Positions 59,612 to 64,000 of a stretch of 64,000 nucleotides of DNA are shown piece after piece (position 1 is the stretch's first letter; every line of letters begins with the position of its first letter). Source of the DNA: Aplysia californica (Eukaryota); contig NW_004797628.1 in NCBI RefSeq assembly GCF_000002075.1, positions 401,682-465,681 on the forward strand, written 5' to 3'. The translations under genes were made by a program, and so were the position numbers. Under the pieces are notes generated by a model. That model worked only from the letters and a program-made list of their open reading frames with translations, was not told the DNA's origin and did no database searches.

Positions 59612-60529
59612 ATATATTTGTATGCATTGCAAGTATGACATGCTTCTGGTCTTTATTTTTGTGTTTGTTGTTTGTTAAGTGTGTTTTTTTTGGTGTTTTT
59701 CGTTTGTTGTTGTTGTTTTGTTTTTTAGGGGGTGCACTCCTTGTACATTATAAGCAGCAATAGTTATAAAAAGGCAATCTAATAAGTGTGAAGTCCCTTG
59801 TATGAACATTCCCCACTCCAATGATGATATTGGAAGAGGTGAATTCAGATGGGGAGAGGGAATGAGAAATATAACATGATAAACTTCTATTATGTTAACA
59901 TAATATTTACATTCACGCTTTCGATGAAAATTGTTCGTTTTGAACACACTATATATTATATATATATATTCGATACACATCCAGCTGACATTAAGAGAGA
60001 GGGAATGAATGATATAAAACTAAAATATACATACATCAAGCCATATTATATGTGTGTTCCTGAAAGAACACATTCAGGAACACAATTTAAGGAATGCTAA
60101 CAGACAGTTGAGTAAAACATGTAAAATAAATTAATCACATACATATTTCCCATAGAATAAATTAATTATATGAACCTTTAACTTGTAAGAAATCACATAC
60201 ATCATATCTAAACATAGGTTGTCATATCACACCACAATACATAGTACAAACAGACTTAGTAGTTATGTGCTCTATTGAACGGGTTTTCTATGATCGTTGA
60301 TTGTCACAGAGATGCAGTTGTTGCCTTGTTCGAGGAAGTCCTCTTGAGAGGGACTTAATGCTCATTAAAGTAAAAAGATTTCATAACATTTGAAAATTAA
60401 CCTTTATTCCATGGAACAGAATTAAATGAAGAAGTCTCTTCTTGCCAACATGAGAGTGAGAAGATAAAAAGAAAGAGCATGTAAAATAACCGAAATATGA
60501 AATTGATACTTTCACATGAGTTAGCTTAT

Positions 60530-60700
60530 TTTTTGTAAGAGTTTTAAGGCAGTTGCAACACAATAAGATCATATAAGTGCCGAAGATTAGAGGTGTTACC
60601 AGAGAGTAACAAACACAAAAAAGAAGGAGGGGAGATAAAGACGATAGACATTTGATAGGAAAGAAGAAGCAATCCAAACCAGGACACCCGCCAACCACAC
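60530..60700 (-). mobile_element. LINE tail family copy
   Basis: Reverse complement of 30028-30205. Confidence 0.75.
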
Positions 60701-62410
60701 ACGCCTTTGAGTTAAAACTGTTAAGGTATATGGTAAATGCACCACAAAAACAGTCGTCAAATTGGAAAGTTAAAACATATCCGCATTCTTTCACTAAGCA
60801 AGATATCTAGTTTTCAGTTTGGAACCTCTTCTAAAACTACAAAAATTGTGACACCGCCAATATTTTTTTTTCACGAGAGGGAAAATGTCTCAAGACTAAA
60901 ATTATCCTCCTTTTTCCACTAAAACTTTTTTTTACTGTTGTTACAAATTCTCATTTACCTTTAAATCATCTAAAAATTCAACTTCAGACCCTGTTCTGGA
61001 GTTCTGGGCTAATCAATTTATCCATTCAGATCCCATTCTCAAGTGATGATTAATGGATTTTATATATATAACCATTGGTGCATTTTTTTAAAAGCCACAA
61101 GTCAGGCAATAGTTCATGATCACCTTATCAATATACAGTCAAACAACATGAGCAAATAGATACCAACTTAAGGGTCCAGTGGTACACTATAGCAAACTCC
61201 TAAAACTGCTTTGGATCTTTATATGCTAATGAAATGAGCTGGACTTTTACTTTCCCCCCCAGAATTGTTATCAGCTTTGCCAAAAATAGTGAGCACAAAT
61301 TACGTCATCATAATAAAAATTGTACTTGAGTCACGATTTCACACAACTGACAGACGAATACTGTCTGCATGTGTTTGCGAAAACACAATTGGAAACATCC
61401 AGAGTTGTTCAAAGCCACATGAACATTATTAACCATGAACTAGAGTCACAAATGGAAGATCAAAGTTGAGAACATAGCCCTGAGATTTGAAAGGAGGCCA
61501 AGTGCTCCAACTCCAATTAAAAAAAAAAAGAAACCAACTGATGGAACAAAATGTAAACAATACAAAGAAGCATAAATTTTAAAAAAGAAGATTATAACAG
61601 TATAAATAAGGTGTATTACCAGCCACACTACACTGCATTCTCAAGGACATGAACATGTTTTTATATATAGAAAAATAAAAAATCCTCTCAAATTTTCAAG
61701 CGGAGATACTGTACTCAATTATCTCTCAAAGCTGTAATTAAACAAACATATACGTACAAGCAACTACTTAAGCAGATAACACTCAGAAGCATTTTCTTTC
61801 TTTCATTTTACTTCTATTGTCTGTGCTACCTCATAAAAGTTAAAACAGCCATTCCTCTCTCACCCTGAAAAACTTTGAAAGCACTACAAAAGTCACAATG
61901 AGTTTTTTTTTAAAAGATACAAGACATACATTTATGAATCTACTTGGTCATGTGACATGAGTTTCCAGGTTTAAAAAAAAAAATTAAATTAAAAAAGGCT
62001 AGCTAAGAACAAAAAGAAAAGGAACATTATTATACCAAAAGTATGGAATGGTAACACCTGGACCAGCAGTAACCACCATCAAGACAGTGTGTTGCCTTCA
62101 GTACCTGTCTGAAATGCTAGTGAAGAACAGATAGAAAGAGGAAGGAAATGACAAAGAAAAAAGTAACAGATTTAAATTAATTTGTATCAGGCAAAAGCCA
62201 AAGAAAAAAAAGGGTCAAGAGGCTAAAAAAAGAAAACTTACAAAATCCATGACTCATAAATAAATAGTGAAATTGTCAAAACTAGCCGAAAACAGTCAAA
62301 GAGTTAAGGGAAATATTTAAATTTGTTGAACAAAAGGTGATTGTACTTTCACATGTGGTTACTTCTTGGAGGCAGACGGAAAATAAAGACGCCACCTGTT
62401 TACTTTGCAC

Positions 62411-63371
62411 AACTCTCAGAACCATTCCAGGTACAGACAGGAGTGCGACAAGGATGCTTGCTCTCACCTTTTCTCTTCATACTGGCAATTGACTGGGTCA
62501 TGAAAGAAGCCACCAGAGGCAAACGTAATGGAATACAATGGACCCCTTGGCAGCAGCTGGACGACTTGGACTTCGCCGATGATCTTGCACTGCTCTCTCA
62601 CACACATGCTCAGATGCAAGAAAAGACCAAGGAACTCAACAGCCTATCAAGGAGTGTTGGTCTACGTATACATCCAGGCAAGTCAAAAGTAGTGAAGCTA
62701 GGAAAAGTTTCAAGCCCTGTTGTGACAGTGGAAGACACTCCCCTGGAAGAAGTGGACTCCTTTACCTACCTTGGAAGTGTCATCAATGGTAAAGGGGGAA
62801 CCGAGTCAGATGTTAAAGCAAGAACCGCCAAGGCAAGGTCAGCCTTCAAGCAATTATCAAAAGTCTGGAAAGCAAGTAACGTCTCACTGCGCACCAAGAT
62901 TCGACTCTTTAACTCCAACGTCAAGTCTGTGCTCCTCTATGGCTGTGAAACTTGGAAGACAACGAAGACAGTACTGAATAAAGTCCAGACCTTCATCAAC
63001 AGATGTACGAGGAGTATTCTAAGAATTAAGTGGCAGGATAGAATAAGAAAGGAAGAGCTGTGGGAAAGGACAGGACAAAAGGATATATAGAAGTAGAAAT
63101 AGGACTAAGAAAGTGGCGATGGATGGGACACACCTTAAGAAAGCCCAGCGGACATATCACAAGACAGTCACTGCAGCGGAACCCACAAGGAGCACGAGGC
63201 AGGGGTAGGCTACGGGAAACATGGAGGAGATGCGTGGAAAGGGACATGGGAGAAATGAAGCTCACTTAGAATGAGCTTGTAAGGATGGCTCAGGACAGAG
63301 ATAAATGGAAGGAGCTTGTATGTGGCCTATACCCTGCCAGGGGTGAAAGGCATTGATGATGATGATGATGA
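62411..63371 (+). mobile_element. 5'-truncated RTE-clade LINE (C-terminal reverse transcriptase), inactivated
   Basis: GVRQGCLLSP and DLDFADD RT motifs, RTE-type C-terminus (RKWRWMGHTLRK, RGRGRLRETWRR); frameshift near 63085, nonsense TAG 63267; (TGA)n tail; perfect 14-bp TSD TGTTTACTTTGCAC (62397-62410, 63372-63385). Confidence 0.95.
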
Positions 63372-64000
63372 TGTTTACTTTGCACTTTCAAATTAAATTA
63401 CAATGTCACAAAACAAGTAGATTAATTTTTTCAAGAGACAAGTTGATGCCACTGGGAAAGACAATGAATGAATCTTTGGTGTAAATAAAACATTTTTGCT
63501 TCACATGTGACTGAGTTAAATATTTATCACGAAAAAAATATAGAAATACGAACAGAGCAATTTCTTTATTCTTTAACACTTTGCCATCATATTTTGGGGA
63601 AAATTCAAAGAAACTGGGTGGTAAACATCGCCAATCGGTGAGATAAGGTGGCAAAGTGTTAAAGTATTGTTGATTGGACGGAGTAATGAAACAAATACAG
63701 GTATCTTCTTCATACATAATGTACTTGTATCTTATGTGCACATGCAAATTACTGAAAAACATGAATGGACATATATTTAATCTATTTGGTCACGCAGTTA
63801 AAGTTAAAGTATTTGAAGTCAGTAATACTGAAAGACAAGATTCAATCCCCAGCCCTGAAAGTCTGGTCACAGTATCTGAAAGAAGTATCAGTCCATTTTC
63901 ATGGTATGTAAATTTTGGAAAGGCAAGCCACATCTTAAATTTAAATGTTGGCAGAACCTGACTGTTAATCACTTTCAATTTTACCTCAAATTTGGAAAAT

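Overview
Eukaryotic (animal) genomic scaffold with four N-gaps, AT-rich, most plausibly an invertebrate such as a gastropod mollusc (inferred from repeat types and CpG mosaicism, not established). The main content is a complete 24-exon RASA1/p120-RasGAP orthologue on + (ATG 13725 to TGA 42914). All its introns are GT-AG with consistent phases, giving a 2727-nt CDS and 908 aa (SH2-SH3-SH2-PH-C2-RasGAP), followed by a probably very long 3' UTR. Head-to-head with it on - is the first coding exon of an MSL1-like gene (5240-4770), whose remaining exons were not found and probably lie left of the window. From about 55.5 kb the sequence looks like the 3' end of a convergent - strand gene. The rest is a dense set of transposons, many with readable TIRs/TSDs: MULE-like, hAT, piggyBac-like and pogo/Tc1-mariner MITEs, a tRNA-derived SINE family, LINE tails, a 5'-truncated RTE LINE, and THAP, BED and pogo transposase relics. 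No prokaryotic-type system or CRISPR array is present, and I cannot claim a proven new system. The best leads are a UIM-like motif in MSL1, an alternative RASA1 first exon, inverted intronic repeats bracketing a stop-free in-frame exon 4-23 block (circRNA candidate), a 33-bp palindromic micro-transposon with an 8-bp TSD, and mirror-image MULE-like insertions in intron 1 of both divergent genes.
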